DNA of 64,000 nucleotides from Candidatus Bathyarchaeia archaeon (GCA_050010515.1 JBEKKX010000008.1:1-64000); one strand, 5' to 3'. Counted from the first letter of the stretch, positions 22,757 through 32,932 are shown. Numbers and translations are program-made. Notes: generated by a model not told the origin, from the letters alone.

Positions 22757-23758
22757 ATGACCCGGTTCTCTCCCGAAACAATTTGGAACTTAAACGAAAA
22801 AGAACTCTTAAGCTTGCTGGAATCAGGTTTGTTTACGCTTAAGCCCAAAGAAATCCGTTTTTACGCTCCAAGCTTCACCTACTACAAAACAAAATATTAC
22901 TGCTCATCCCCAAATAGTTTCCCAACTATTTCCATTACTGGCACATCTTGCGCGTTGAATTGCAAACATTGCGGGGGCAAAGTGCTTGAAACCATGCGTC
23001 CAGTGCTCTCGCCTAAGGAACTGTTTGAGTTATGCACTAAGCTGAAAAAGGACGGCGCTCAAGGTTGCCTCGTCAGCGGCGGATGTTTGCCTGATGGCTC
23101 TGTGCCTCTTAACCAGTTCGTGCCTGCGCTTAGGAGAATTAAGCGGGAGCTCGGCTTAACAGTTTTTGTTCATACAGGCATAATAAATCTTGAAACTGCC
23201 GTTTCGCTCATGGACGCTGAAGTTGATGCAGCATTAATCGATGTTATTGGTTCAAAAGAAACTATAAAGAAAACCTACAACCTGAACATAACCTTGGATG
23301 ATTATGCGGACTCATTGAAGGCTTTGGACAAATCAGGATTAAATTTTGTGCCTCACGTTATCGTTGGGTTAAATGAGGGCAAATTAGACGGTGAACTAGA
23401 AGCGCTCCAAATGGTCAGCAGAGTTAAGCCTTCTGCCTTAGTAATAATAGCGTTCATGCCTATCCACGGAACAGCCATGGCAAAAACACCGCCGCCCAAA
23501 CCGCTCGAAATAGCCAAAGTCGCATCGGTGGCACGGTTGATGTTTCCAGAAACTCCATTGATTTTGGGTTGCATGAGACCCAAAGGTGCAATACGCGGCG
23601 AAACAGACGTTTTAGCGTTGAAAGCTGGGGTGGATGCAGTTGCGTTTCCCAGTGAAGAAGCCGTAAAATACGCGGAAACCAAAGGCTTCACGATTTCTTT
23701 TTCTTCTTACTGTTGCGCTCAAATGTACATCGATGCTGCTGAAAAAATTAAAAAATAA
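22757..23758 (+). CDS. lipS1: Radical SAM protein, archaeal lipoyl synthase subunit LipS1-like
   Basis: CALNCKHC (CxxxCxxC) plus GCMRP and the C-terminal CC motif characteristic of LipS1. Confidence 0.75.
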   Translation: MTRFSPETIWNLNEKELLSLLESGLFTLKPKEIRFYAPSFTYYKTKYYCSSPNSFPTISITGTSCALNCKHCGGKVLETMRPVLSPKELFELCTKLKKDGAQGCLVSGGCLPDGSVPLNQFVPALRRIKRELGLTVFVHTGIINLETAVSLMDAEVDAALIDVIGSKETIKKTYNLNITLDDYADSLKALDKSGLNFVPHVIVGLNEGKLDGELEALQMVSRVKPSALVIIAFMPIHGTAMAKTPPPKPLEIAKVASVARLMFPETPLILGCMRPKGAIRGETDVLALKAGVDAVAFPSEEAVKYAETKGFTISFSSYCCAQMYIDAAEKIKK

Positions 23759-23850
23759 TCGACTTTTGCCTGATTTTAACATTTTACCCCCCAAAACCCG
23801 AATCCAAAATAAAAAATGGTTTTTTGGGGGCTATTCCAGTTTAGCAAATT

Positions 23851-24690
23851 TCAAGGGGTTGAGGTTATCTTGGTTTGAGACGAAGCGCTTCCTCGTTTTC
23901 TCATATAAAGCAGTAGAAAAATAATGATAGCCAACAAGAATGCAATTACTACAAGAGCTATAGTGGTTATTAGTAAAAGAGATGAGTTAAGAGCACTGCT
24001 AACAGATGTTGAAGTTGGCGTTGGAGTTAGCGTTAAAGTTGAAGATGAGGGGGCAGGGGTAGGACTTAAGGGAATGTTCGCAGGAATATTTAGTGTTTGC
24101 GTGTTACTCCAACCACTCTCTGTACCGTGAAAAACGTAAGGGGAGTTTATGAAGGGGTCACCGCTTCCTGTTATATATCCTATTAATGCTTCAACTTGGA
24201 TGTCGCTTTGGTTACCAGCAATAGCCGTTAAGGGACTATCGCTTTGACCTTCGATGGAAATTGATATCGTGGTGTAAATGGAATTTGATTGTATTGGATA
24301 ACCGTTATAAAGATTGTAAACCTCAACCCAGTCGTCTTCATTGTGGGGTTTAATGCGAACATTATACCAGAAGTAAGTGGTATCTCCAGAACTGTCAATA
24401 ACCTGATGAGTAAATGGTTGATTCTTAATAGTTATATTCACAGCACTGTATTCGTTAGTGTAGCCAATTTGAGCCACAACCTGTCCCGAACTTTGGTTTA
24501 ACGAATAAGTTGTAGGTACATTGACAGAAGGACCAACAAGCCGTACGGTGAATTCTGGAACAGAAGGCGTAGGTATTGGTGGAAACGTAGGCGTTGGTGT
24601 TTGAGCAAGTGCTGGTTTAGCCATTATTAGACTTGAGGCGGCTAAGAGAACAATAAGAAGCAATGAGAAACTCTTGCCTATTCTACCCAT
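23851..24690 (-). CDS. Secreted, C-terminally anchored cell-surface protein
   Basis: Signal peptide, PTPSVPEFT, beta-rich domain, Ser/Thr/Pro linker and a TM helix with a basic tail. Confidence 0.75.
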   Translation of the reverse strand: MGRIGKSFSLLLIVLLAASSLIMAKPALAQTPTPTFPPIPTPSVPEFTVRLVGPSVNVPTTYSLNQSSGQVVAQIGYTNEYSAVNITIKNQPFTHQVIDSSGDTTYFWYNVRIKPHNEDDWVEVYNLYNGYPIQSNSIYTTISISIEGQSDSPLTAIAGNQSDIQVEALIGYITGSGDPFINSPYVFHGTESGWSNTQTLNIPANIPLSPTPAPSSSTLTLTPTPTSTSVSSALNSSLLLITTIALVVIAFLLAIIIFLLLYMRKRGSASSQTKITSTP

Positions 24691-24966
24691 ACTTAGTCTT
24701 AGAGACGGTTTTCGATAAAAGGGTTCTTGTAAAGATTTCTTGACACAAAAAGCGTGTGCTGCTATTACCGAGTACATTCTATGGTTTATGTTCTCTTCTC
24801 TTTTATGGTCTAATCAATATCAGTACTGTTTTTCTGGTCTCTTTGAATTGTCCGTCGGATTGGGGTTCACGCTACATTTTGTTTGTTTTTTCTGCGCTTC
24901 TCAAAGTCAAAACGACAGAGCATAGGTATGACTATTGCAACTTCTAGCCGAGGAAGGAAAGAAGGA

Positions 24967-25557
24967 TTATAACATTTTGTAGCCCAGTACAATGGTCCAC
25001 GCTGAAACAATAAGTCCCGACACGAATTCTGGAATAGCCACATTTGGTACATACTTAAAGGCAAACAATAGTATCCAAGGCAGTGCTGCGGCAATACCAG
25101 TTGAAACCGTGAAAAGAGCCATTCGTCCCCGATGGGCAAGCAAAAAAGCGCAGGTTATAATGAACATTGATATGGGCATTAACGTGAAGAACGCAACTGA
25201 AACTGCATAATGCGTCCCAGAATAGTGCTCGTTAAAAACGCCAATAGCGATAAGCGCTATCGTTGCTGCTGCAAAGACTGCGGCTCCAATTTTGCCAACC
25301 CAAGTTTTTCCAAGGTAGGCATACAAGCCAAATAATGCAAAGTTTAAGGCTAAAAGCCCGCTGGCGCATAGCCCGAAATTGAAGAGTGCTCCAGTTATGC
25401 CTGCTATTACGCCTAAATCGCTTAAGGCATTGCTTGTCCAGCTGAAGGAGGGATAGGATGCGATGGCTATCAGAATGCAGGTAAACGCAAGTATGGGTGC
25501 AAATATTCCCGTGGCGGCTCCGAATCTTTGTTTTCCAGTGTTTCTATATTCAGGCAA
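24967..25557 (-). CDS. DUF998-like membrane protein
   Basis: PSFSWTSNALSDLG, FN.GL, GVF and conserved His; multiple TM helices. Confidence 0.8.
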   Translation of the reverse strand: MPEYRNTGKQRFGAATGIFAPILAFTCILIAIASYPSFSWTSNALSDLGVIAGITGALFNFGLCASGLLALNFALFGLYAYLGKTWVGKIGAAVFAAATIALIAIGVFNEHYSGTHYAVSVAFFTLMPISMFIITCAFLLAHRGRMALFTVSTGIAAALPWILLFAFKYVPNVAIPEFVSGLIVSAWTIVLGYKML

Positions 25558-25768
25558 ACCCTTGATTCCTCAATAACCCTGATGGGTGTAACTTGCTTTA
25601 AGAATTTGCGTCCTAAGAACAAGCCGCCTTAACGTCTGCGAAAAACGAGCGAATAAGTAAAGGACGAATGTTAAGCAGAGCCTGCTGTATATCAAGAATT
25701 CTTGGTTTGTTCAATAATCCCACATGTGAAAAGCGAAAGGTTAATGAAGGAAAGTTGATGTGTATTGC

Positions 25769-25894
25769 TGGGTTTGCCGGTCAAAGGGCACGGGTTCCAC
25801 CTGATCCCATTCCGAACTCAGAAGTTAAACCGTGTTCCGTTTCCAGCTGTAGTGTGGTCTTAGGCCATGCGAACCTGGGAAAGCTGGTAGCCCA
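25769..25894 (+). rRNA. rrf: 5S rRNA (not linked to 16S/23S)
   Basis: CACCTGATCCCATTCCGAACTCAGAAGTTAA core; terminal helix TGGGTTTGCCGG/CTGGTAGCCCA. Confidence 0.93.
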
Positions 25895-25974
25895 CTTATA
25901 CCTAAAAAAATTTAGGTAGATTTGGCATAGCTTTATAACTAACTGTTAATAGTTTTTTGGAAGTGGTGTAGACA

Positions 25975-27078
25975 TTGAGTCTTCTTTCAGGAAATAACAC
26001 GCTTCTTCAGGTACTTAGCCTGGCTTCATATGGGTTCTTTATAGTCTTAATTTTCTATGGTCAAAGAATCCAAATGTACGTTATGATCCGGGAGGTAGAA
26101 AACTCGCTTCATAAATTAAAGTTCATAAAAGAGGAAGGGCGGAAAAACGCCATAGATGCCATAAAAGAAATTGGCAAACCACCAGTTGACCCTACGGCTC
26201 GTGTCGACCGCTATTTAGAATATTTCACTATCGGTCCACAGAGCATGGATCCAGCAGGCATAGTTTACAAGCTTGATCATATCCTTGATGTTAGGGATAC
26301 ACGGTTGAAAGATGAAGTTAAACTGATGGCGCCAGCAAGCGATGACGTTCAAGTGAACAATTTAGAAAACACTTTGGAAGCCGCAATGGCGTTGAACTTC
26401 ATCTACAAAGTGGTAAGGCACTTTTACATTCAAGGTAAAAAGACTCTAAGCCTCTATGTAATAATGCAAATACAAATGATATTGCCAATGGTAATGAAAG
26501 AAGCCGAAGCATACGCCAGCGCTCTGAAAGCCTTCGCTTTTGGACAACCAATCGGCGATGGCGCAGGACCATTAGTAGCTGCAAAACTAATGCACGGCTA
26601 CGAAATCCGCAAATTGCCAAAAGACTGTGTCATGGCTACAGTCCCAATTGAAGGACGCACTGCTTTAATCATAAAGGCTGAGGGTCCAGGCGGAAATGTT
26701 GGCAAACCAGGTGATGCTGTCGAAGCAGTCATTGAAGAAAATGAGGGTAAAATTGCTAACGTAATAATGATTGACGCTGGGTTAAAACTTGAAGGCGAAA
26801 CACTAGGCGAAGTCGCAGATGGAATCGGCGCGGCAATCGGTGGACCTGGCGTAGACCAGTACAAGATTGAAGAAAAACTCACAAAATACCATATCCCGAT
26901 AAACGCTGTAATAATCAAAGAGGACATTGGCGATGCAGTATCACCACTGCGCAAAGAGATCAACGATGCCGTTGACAAAGTCATTGAACGAGTCAAAGCC
27001 GTCATCCTGGAGCGAACCAAAGAAGGAGACAAAGTTATAATCGTAGGCGTCGGCAACTCCATCGGAGTTGGACAATAG
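25975..27078 (+). CDS. DUF1512-family protein
   Basis: N-terminal TM helix; PIGDGAGPLVA, KAEGPG, IDAGLKLEGE and GVGNSIGVGQ motifs. Confidence 0.85.
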   Translation: MSLLSGNNTLLQVLSLASYGFFIVLIFYGQRIQMYVMIREVENSLHKLKFIKEEGRKNAIDAIKEIGKPPVDPTARVDRYLEYFTIGPQSMDPAGIVYKLDHILDVRDTRLKDEVKLMAPASDDVQVNNLENTLEAAMALNFIYKVVRHFYIQGKKTLSLYVIMQIQMILPMVMKEAEAYASALKAFAFGQPIGDGAGPLVAAKLMHGYEIRKLPKDCVMATVPIEGRTALIIKAEGPGGNVGKPGDAVEAVIEENEGKIANVIMIDAGLKLEGETLGEVADGIGAAIGGPGVDQYKIEEKLTKYHIPINAVIIKEDIGDAVSPLRKEINDAVDKVIERVKAVILERTKEGDKVIIVGVGNSIGVGQ

Positions 27079-27089
27079 GGGATAAAAAA

Positions 27090-27533
27090 ATGGCTCAAAA
27101 TCAAACATCAGCAGGAACCCAAAAAATCTCAAATTACATCTTGATGATAGTCTTAATTGTTCTAGCGCTTTCCGTAGTTTCTCTATTATTAGCGGTCAGT
27201 GTCTACTTAAACGGTGTTTCCACACCAAGCCAAGCTGGAGCAGACGATTTAGCAGCGGGTTTCCTAGCGATCATTGGTTTAGTTGCTATGACCATGTCAA
27301 TGTTCACACTGTCTCAATCACGGAGGCAAGCAGCAGAAATGAAAATTGAAATACCCAAAGTAATGACAACCATCGAGTGCAAGAAATGTGGGATCAAAAC
27401 AGTGCGTGAATTTCAACGCGGCGATTATGTCTATAAAGAGCTTGATGCGTGCCCGAAATGCCCTGACACAAAACAGTTGATCACTGCTATTTACAAGGAT
27501 GTCAAAGAGAAAGAAAAAACATACAATGTCTAA
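27090..27533 (+). CDS. Two-TM membrane protein with a C-terminal zinc ribbon
   Basis: CKKC...REFQRGDYVYK...CPKC...ITAIY; directly follows DUF1512. Confidence 0.8.
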   Translation: MAQNQTSAGTQKISNYILMIVLIVLALSVVSLLLAVSVYLNGVSTPSQAGADDLAAGFLAIIGLVAMTMSMFTLSQSRRQAAEMKIEIPKVMTTIECKKCGIKTVREFQRGDYVYKELDACPKCPDTKQLITAIYKDVKEKEKTYNV

Positions 27534-28432
27534 GTTAAAACTTCGCAGCCATCATCTTTTAACAGCACCGTGTGCTCGGCTTGAGCAACGGGTTTTTTGC
27601 TTACTTCAACGAATACTGGATAACTCATAATCGCTTTTGACGCAAGCAACTCCTTGAATGCAGTCTTGTGCTGTTCTTTAGGAACCACGCCCGTTAGCCA
27701 TCGTTCAGCAAAAGGCAAAGTTCTAAAATTAGACTCAATGTACTTGAGTAGTTTTTCGGCAGATTCGTTTTTTACTGATTTTGCTTTAAGTAAGCGGTAA
27801 ATGGTTGTTTGCGGTGAGTCCTCGACGCGGCCAACCGCTTCAGGCAATGTAACGAATGGTTCAATGGCGTAAACTTCGCCTGCTTTCACCTTCGTAAGTG
27901 ACACTTGAGCCACGTTAGGTATAGATGTTCCCGCGTGAATTAAGTATCTTCCAACAGAGTGACCCGTCAGGTTTGAAATGGGTTTAAAACCGCGGTTTTT
28001 TATCGTGGTTTCTATTAAGCTGCCGATTTTGCCCAGCGCCATGTCGCCATGAATGTTTTCTATCACAGTTTTCAAAGCTTGTTCAGCAGTGTTTGCCATG
28101 CTTCTGCCTTCCGGATTGAAAGAAGCCGTGAATGCTGTGTCGGTGACGTAGCCGTCCACATGGGCACCTAGGTCTACTTTAACCGTGGACCCTTCAGGTA
28201 TCCTTAGCGTATCGTTGGGGGGTGAAGTGTAATGTGCGGCTACCTCGTTGATGCTGACGTTGCAGGGAAATGCAGGTTTGCCGCCTTTTGCTCGGATTAA
28301 TCCTTCGGTTTTTTCGCATACATCGATGACTAGCATGTTTTCTTTGACGTACGTTTTCATTTCTTCTCTAGTTTCACGCAGGATCCGTCCTGATAAGCGG
28401 AATTTTTCAATTTCTTCTTTGTCGTATGCCAT
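27530..28432 (-). CDS. map: Methionine aminopeptidase type II
   Basis: PAFP, AAHY, DLGAHVDGYVTDTA, NLTGH, AIEPF and QAEHT motifs. Confidence 0.97.
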   Translation of the reverse strand: MAYDKEEIEKFRLSGRILRETREEMKTYVKENMLVIDVCEKTEGLIRAKGGKPAFPCNVSINEVAAHYTSPPNDTLRIPEGSTVKVDLGAHVDGYVTDTAFTASFNPEGRSMANTAEQALKTVIENIHGDMALGKIGSLIETTIKNRGFKPISNLTGHSVGRYLIHAGTSIPNVAQVSLTKVKAGEVYAIEPFVTLPEAVGRVEDSPQTTIYRLLKAKSVKNESAEKLLKYIESNFRTLPFAERWLTGVVPKEQHKTAFKELLASKAIMSYPVFVEVSKKPVAQAEHTVLLKDDGCEVLT

Positions 28433-28538
28433 CTTGTTTCACTTTGCTGTGTTAGATTGGATTATTGTGTGGATGCTTAAATGCGTAACTTACCCTGCTA
28501 AGGCACCTATGGAACTTGACTTTATCTCATATGGTTTT

Positions 28539-29099
28539 TTAGGGCTTGTAGATTTTGGGGTCAAGGATTGCAAAGTTGTTGCCGCCCACGTGATAGAGCA
28601 TCCTTGCCTTTTTCAGGTCATAGCTTTCCGTGAAGACGCCCATGTCTGCGTAGGCTTCAAGTATTTTGCCCACGAAAACCGTGTGGTCGCCTGTTGTAAA
28701 TTTGCTGTCAACACTGCATTCTAAATGGGCTATGCACTCGCGTATTGCTGGCGCCTTGACCTTTTTACCGGGCATCGGTGTTAGGTTTGTTTTTTTGAAT
28801 TTGTCAAAGCTTCTGCCCGTTAAGGAGCCGCATGCGTAGACGGCTTGCAATGTCTCCAGTGTTGGAATATTCACAATGAATTCCCCTGACTCATCAATTA
28901 GGGTGTGGGAGTGGCGTGTTGGCGCGAGGCTGATGGCTAAAAGCGGCGGGTTAATGGAGGTTGGCATAGCCCACGCGAGGGTTGTAATGTTGGGTTTACC
29001 TGCTTTTCCAACGCACGAAACGAGAACTGTGTGCATTGGATGAAGAAGCCTGTAAGCTGAGGCTATGTTTATTTGAGTTTTTGCGGACACATAAATCAC
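28539..29099 (-). CDS. Flavin reductase family protein
   Basis: INPP, EFIVNIP, GS..G...DKF, LEC and GDHTVFVG motifs. Confidence 0.9.
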   Translation of the reverse strand: MIYVSAKTQINIASAYRLLHPMHTVLVSCVGKAGKPNITTLAWAMPTSINPPLLAISLAPTRHSHTLIDESGEFIVNIPTLETLQAVYACGSLTGRSFDKFKKTNLTPMPGKKVKAPAIRECIAHLECSVDSKFTTGDHTVFVGKILEAYADMGVFTESYDLKKARMLYHVGGNNFAILDPKIYKP

Positions 29100-29174
29100 C
29101 TTTGTAAAGTAAAACTAGTGTTGGTGTGTTCGCTTATTTCTCTTTTTCTTTGATTCTAACCGTCAAGGGCATTT

Positions 29175-29462
29175 TCATGTGCCTTGTTTGGCTTTCTTCT
29201 CACGCCTACATGCTTGACTCTCTTCTAAAACTTCTTCTTCAGTCGGCTTCTTTTTTCCTTTGTTTTGTTCGTCGATTTCCTTGAGAAGTTCTTTTAGGTC
29301 CGCTAAAGGAGGAACCTTGAGTTTTACTACCACAAGTTTGTCGTCCTTTCGGTACACGCAAAGTTTAGTATTTGGCGTTATCGCTAATTCTTTTCTAAGT
29401 CGTTGTGGGATAACTATCTGACCTTTACTTCCCACAATCGCGATTTCAAATTCTTCTTCCAT
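29175..29462 (-). CDS. AbrB/MazE/SpoVT-family DNA-binding protein (orphan antitoxin)
   Basis: VGSKGQIVIPQRLRKEL motif; no toxin ORF follows. Confidence 0.85.
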   Translation of the reverse strand: MEEEFEIAIVGSKGQIVIPQRLRKELAITPNTKLCVYRKDDKLVVVKLKVPPLADLKELLKEIDEQNKGKKKPTEEEVLEESQACRREKKAKQGT

Positions 29463-29632
29463 TTTTAATCAACTGATAAATTATTTGAGGTTACTAAGTA
29501 TAACTTTCATACCGCCAATAAATAAGTTTTCTTTGTTTTTCCCTTCGCAAAGCCCAGGTCAATGATGCCTCTTGGTTTGTTACGAAAAAGTTTTATCTTT
29601 ATTACTTGTTTACTGCGAAGGATGATGAGTTA

Positions 29633-30010
29633 ATGCGCAGAATATTGCTTGGCGCTTTCGTAGGCTTCATTGTAACCCTATTGTTAGGCGTAACCCTAGG
29701 CTTGTTGCTGCCTTTCGTGGGAATCCTAATTGGCATGTTCTTCGGCGGATTTTTTGCCGGAGTCATAGCCCGAGGCGCAGTCCGTGGAGCAATAGCTGGG
29801 TTGTTGGCAGGATTACTTGGCGCAGTGATAATCGTAATACTTGCGCTCGTTGGCGCTACCTTGATGGGCGGATTAATCGGCGTCATTGTCGGTGGACATT
29901 TGGGTGGCATGGTCGGGTTAGCCATAGGCATCATAGGAGGCATACTCGCTGCCTTGGGCGCAGTCATCTCCACAATCGCTGGTCTCATAGGCGGAGCAAT
30001 AACACGATAG
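29633..30010 (+). CDS. Gly-rich membrane protein (DUF5518-like)
   Basis: Several GxxxG-rich TM helices; ATG after the GGATGA RBS. Confidence 0.7.
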   Translation: MRRILLGAFVGFIVTLLLGVTLGLLLPFVGILIGMFFGGFFAGVIARGAVRGAIAGLLAGLLGAVIIVILALVGATLMGGLIGVIVGGHLGGMVGLAIGIIGGILAALGAVISTIAGLIGGAITR

Positions 30011-30124
30011 CAGTATTTGCTGCATCATTTTTGTTTATTGAAAATTTAACCGTTTTATATGCTGCTGACTTAGGATGTACGTGGTAATTCCAGCGACCAA
30101 GGGGAAAGGAGGTACACTATTGAT

Positions 30125-30466
30125 ATGAAAACTACGTCAAAAATGCGGGTATCTATCCGCATAAGCAAGGCTAGGCGAATTCTGAGTGTTGATACTGAGC
30201 GGACAAGGCGGAAGCTTATCGTGCAGCTGGAAGAGATTTTCCATATCGCTTCTGACTATGCACGCGGCAAAATCGATAGAGTCACCGTTGAGGATGGCAA
30301 GAAGCGACCACTCACTATTGTGGAACGCCAGCACTGGGCACGCATTGCAGCTTACACTGTCCAGATCATCAATAACACTGCAAAAGGGATTGATGAACGC
30401 CAAATCAATTTAGACCTAGACAAATTAGAAGCCATGCTCAATAAAACAGCAGCAGCGGGTCCTTAG
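30125..30466 (+). CDS. Hypothetical protein (113 aa)
   Basis: GGAGGT RBS upstream; helical basic protein; no family recognised. Confidence 0.6.
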   Translation: MKTTSKMRVSIRISKARRILSVDTERTRRKLIVQLEEIFHIASDYARGKIDRVTVEDGKKRPLTIVERQHWARIAAYTVQIINNTAKGIDERQINLDLDKLEAMLNKTAAAGP

Positions 30467-30795
30467 AATATTGTAGGCATCTCGTCCACATTTTTCCGTA
30501 TGTCTGATATTGGCGTGACAAGGTGGAAATTGAAATCTAGAAAGTACACGAAACCGACCATTGTAACAAGGTCCCTCACAGCCTCTGCAGTAGGGGCTTC
30601 AAACAGCATGAAAGCCTTGTGGTTAGGATCAAGATGAAGGTCCAAAAGAACTTTCACGTTAAGCTTCTTGCAGAGCGCCGGAAGCTGAGCGTACGCTTTT
30701 TTTGCCATCTCTCTTGATGCTTTGTTGGACATTGGGCACACATCAGGAGGATGCGTTCCTATTATGGCATATTGCGGCACAATAACACTCTCCAT
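30463..30795 (-). CDS. Small ferredoxin-like-fold hypothetical protein (GYD/DUF3303-like)
   Basis: HPPDVCP, H..FMLFEAPTAEAV and VTP pattern. Confidence 0.6.
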   Translation of the reverse strand: MESVIVPQYAIIGTHPPDVCPMSNKASREMAKKAYAQLPALCKKLNVKVLLDLHLDPNHKAFMLFEAPTAEAVRDLVTMVGFVYFLDFNFHLVTPISDIRKNVDEMPTIF

Positions 30796-30984
30796 TCTAC
30801 TCCAGAGATAGGATATAAGAATTTAAGAACTTGAGGCTGTAAAATCACAGCAGCAAGTTTCTTTTAGAGAATAAAGTGACAAGTTAAACCATATTTCACT
30901 TTCACTTACCCCTCCACTACCCTCTATAGTCGTTTGTTCACCTATCTTTTAAGAACTATGAACCATATGCGCGAGCCAAAGTGA

Positions 30985-31218
30985 TTGCATATGAAAACGA
31001 AAACAGAACTTTTACCCACAGAGAATGATATCCCAGTGGATTTAACGTTACATGATGTTCCCGCTTCGCTCATTAGCGAGTTTGCGGAGAAAATCGTTAG
31101 ACCCTACTACAACGGCAACTTGAACGCTGCCATCCAAGACCTAATCCACAAAGCACTCTCAGAACAAGACTTCGTCCACTCCCACATAACGCACGTTCGA
31201 AATGCTGCGGAGCCTTAG
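30985..31218 (+). CDS. Small hypothetical protein, possibly ribbon-helix-helix type
   Basis: Beta strand followed by two helices (FAEKIVRPYYNGNLNAAIQDLI). Confidence 0.55.
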   Translation: MHMKTKTELLPTENDIPVDLTLHDVPASLISEFAEKIVRPYYNGNLNAAIQDLIHKALSEQDFVHSHITHVRNAAEP

Positions 31219-31327
31219 CAAAGATGAGTAAGACTGCTCCTTCATACCGAATGACTCTGGAATGACGACAAAAAACTATTCAGGAAGAGAAAATGAAATG
31301 ATGGCGAAAAATACGTTCTATTGGATT

Positions 31328-31383
31328 CTTTACCGTTTCATGTGGTATTGTTCGATTAGTCTTTAGCACTTTTTCTCTGTGTT
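31328..31383 (-). repeat. Duplicate of the trpS 3' end, copy A
   Basis: CTTTACCGTTTCATGTGGTATTGTTCGATTAGTCTTTAGCACTTTTTCTCTGTGTT aligns with 32931..32985; minus strand encodes IEQYHMKR*. Confidence 0.85.
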
Positions 31384-31447
31384 TTCTGCATAAAGTTAAA
31401 GAGGTCAAAACATTAAAGAAGTTATTAAAGCCAGTACTTGGGAGCGT

Positions 31448-31753
31448 TTGAGGATTATGCAGAGATCACTTGAAGACGTAAAACAGCAACTTCAAGCGTT
31501 AAAGCCCACTCTAAAGAAACGGTTCAAGGTGGAAACCATCGACATTTTTGGTTCTTATGCACGGGGTGAACAGACTGAAAAGAGCGATTTAGATATTCTA
31601 GTAACATATTCTGAAATGGTTGACTTACTTTTAATCGCTGGCTTGCGAAGATACCTTAGGCGAAAACTCCACATGAAAGTGGACGTGATTTCAAAAGAGT
31701 TCCTAAACAAGTACATTAAAGAACAGGTTTTAGAGGAAGTTGTATCTGTGTGA
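31448..31753 (+). CDS. MNT minimal nucleotidyltransferase (MntA-type antitoxin)
   Basis: FGSYARGEQTEKSDLDILV and KVDV motifs. Confidence 0.92.
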   Translation: MRIMQRSLEDVKQQLQALKPTLKKRFKVETIDIFGSYARGEQTEKSDLDILVTYSEMVDLLLIAGLRRYLRRKLHMKVDVISKEFLNKYIKEQVLEEVVSV

Positions 31754-32115
31754 AAAGAGACCACATAGAACGCAGCCCCAAGCTTTACTTATCTGAAATC
31801 CTTGATTTCATTGATAAAATCGAGACGTACACTAAGGGGATGCCCTATGATGATTTTGCAAAGGATGCCCGAACAATAGATGCAGTAGACGCTAACGTAC
31901 GCAACATTGGTGAAGCCGTACGTGTATTAGCCAAACACCGTACGGTTAAAGAATTATTTTATCGTTTTCATATACCATACATTGACCTTTCCGATATGCG
32001 AACTGATCTAACACACGAATACTTCACTATAAGCCCAAAGTCTATTTGGAAAACAGCTCAAACATTAATAACCCTAAAACCTCAATTTAAAAAAGTTCTT
32101 GAAGAATTGAAATAA
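31750..32115 (+). CDS. HEPN/DUF86 RNase toxin (HepT-type)
   Basis: IGEA and RTDLTHEY (Rx4HxY) motifs; overlaps the MNT stop. Confidence 0.9.
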   Translation: MKRDHIERSPKLYLSEILDFIDKIETYTKGMPYDDFAKDARTIDAVDANVRNIGEAVRVLAKHRTVKELFYRFHIPYIDLSDMRTDLTHEYFTISPKSIWKTAQTLITLKPQFKKVLEELK

Positions 32116-32145
32116 AAGAAATTTTACGCTAAATACATTAGAATA

Positions 32146-32197
32146 TTTACTGTTTTATGTGGTATCGTTCGATTACATCTTGCTTAGTGCTTTTTCT
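32146..32197 (-). repeat. Duplicate of the trpS 3' end, copy B
   Basis: TTTACTGTTTTATGTGGTATCGTTCGATTACATC... aligns with the trpS end from 32932; minus strand encodes DVIERYHIKQ*. Confidence 0.8.
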
Positions 32198-32229
32198 ATT
32201 CTGAAATGTTCTGTCAGAAGGCTTATATT

Positions 32230-32249
32230 TTACCCAATTGATTGGGTAA
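32230..32249 (+). promoter_or_regulatory. Perfect inverted repeat, probable autoregulatory operator of the AbrB-VapC pair
   Basis: TTACCCAAT-tg-ATTGGGTAA between the TATA-like TTATAT (32223..32228) and the TTG start. Confidence 0.65.
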
Positions 32250-32263
32250 TATGGTGGTTTGAT

Positions 32264-32506
32264 TTGGCTGAGACTACCTACTACAAGGATAAAGTATACC
32301 TTCCACGTGAAGTTCGAGAAGAATTAGGGCTTGTTGACGGTGATGTCCTTCATATTGAAGTGGTTCAGAAGGGCGTGGCAAAGTTGAGTATTGCCCGCGG
32401 GTGCCGAACAGCCAAAAAAGCTCTTGAAATGTTGGATAATCCACCTGATTTAGGTAAAGTAAAGGGGCGACTTTCTAGGGAAGACATTTATGAAGATATT
32501 ACTTGA
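32264..32506 (+). CDS. AbrB-family antitoxin (VapB-like)
   Basis: KVYLPREVREELGLVDGD motif; GGTGG RBS before TTG 32264. Confidence 0.85.
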   Translation: MAETTYYKDKVYLPREVREELGLVDGDVLHIEVVQKGVAKLSIARGCRTAKKALEMLDNPPDLGKVKGRLSREDIYEDIT

Positions 32507-32930
32507 TACAAACATCCTTGTGCATGCCTACAACAAATCTTCCCCTAATCAAAAACAAGCCAGTAAAATAGTAAAGCAAGCATTAAAAGGCGAAATAGAC
32601 GCATGTTTGCCCTCTCAGGTAATTTACGAGTTTTTTGCAGTTATAACCAACCCAAAAAGGGTTGAATGCCCCATGGATTTGGATGAAGCTGCAGATTTAT
32701 GCTTAGACCTTTGGGAATGCCGTGAAATTGAGAGAGTAACGACCACTTCACTAACACCTATTGAGGTCTTCAAACTGGTAAAGGAACTAAGATTAGCAAA
32801 AGGCAGAATATTCGATTGCATAATAGCTGTAACTTCAAAAGAGAATAGTATAGACGCAATTTATACTGAAAATGTTAGCGATTTTGAAAACTACCGCTTT
32901 CTTAAAGTTATAAATCCTTTTAGGCCATAG
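32490..32930 (+). CDS. PIN-domain toxin (VapC)
   Basis: LLDTNILV, VIYEF, FDCII and YTENVSDF motifs. Confidence 0.92.
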   Translation: MKILLDTNILVHAYNKSSPNQKQASKIVKQALKGEIDACLPSQVIYEFFAVITNPKRVECPMDLDEAADLCLDLWECREIERVTTTSLTPIEVFKLVKELRLAKGRIFDCIIAVTSKENSIDAIYTENVSDFENYRFLKVINPFRP

Positions 32931-32932
32931 CT

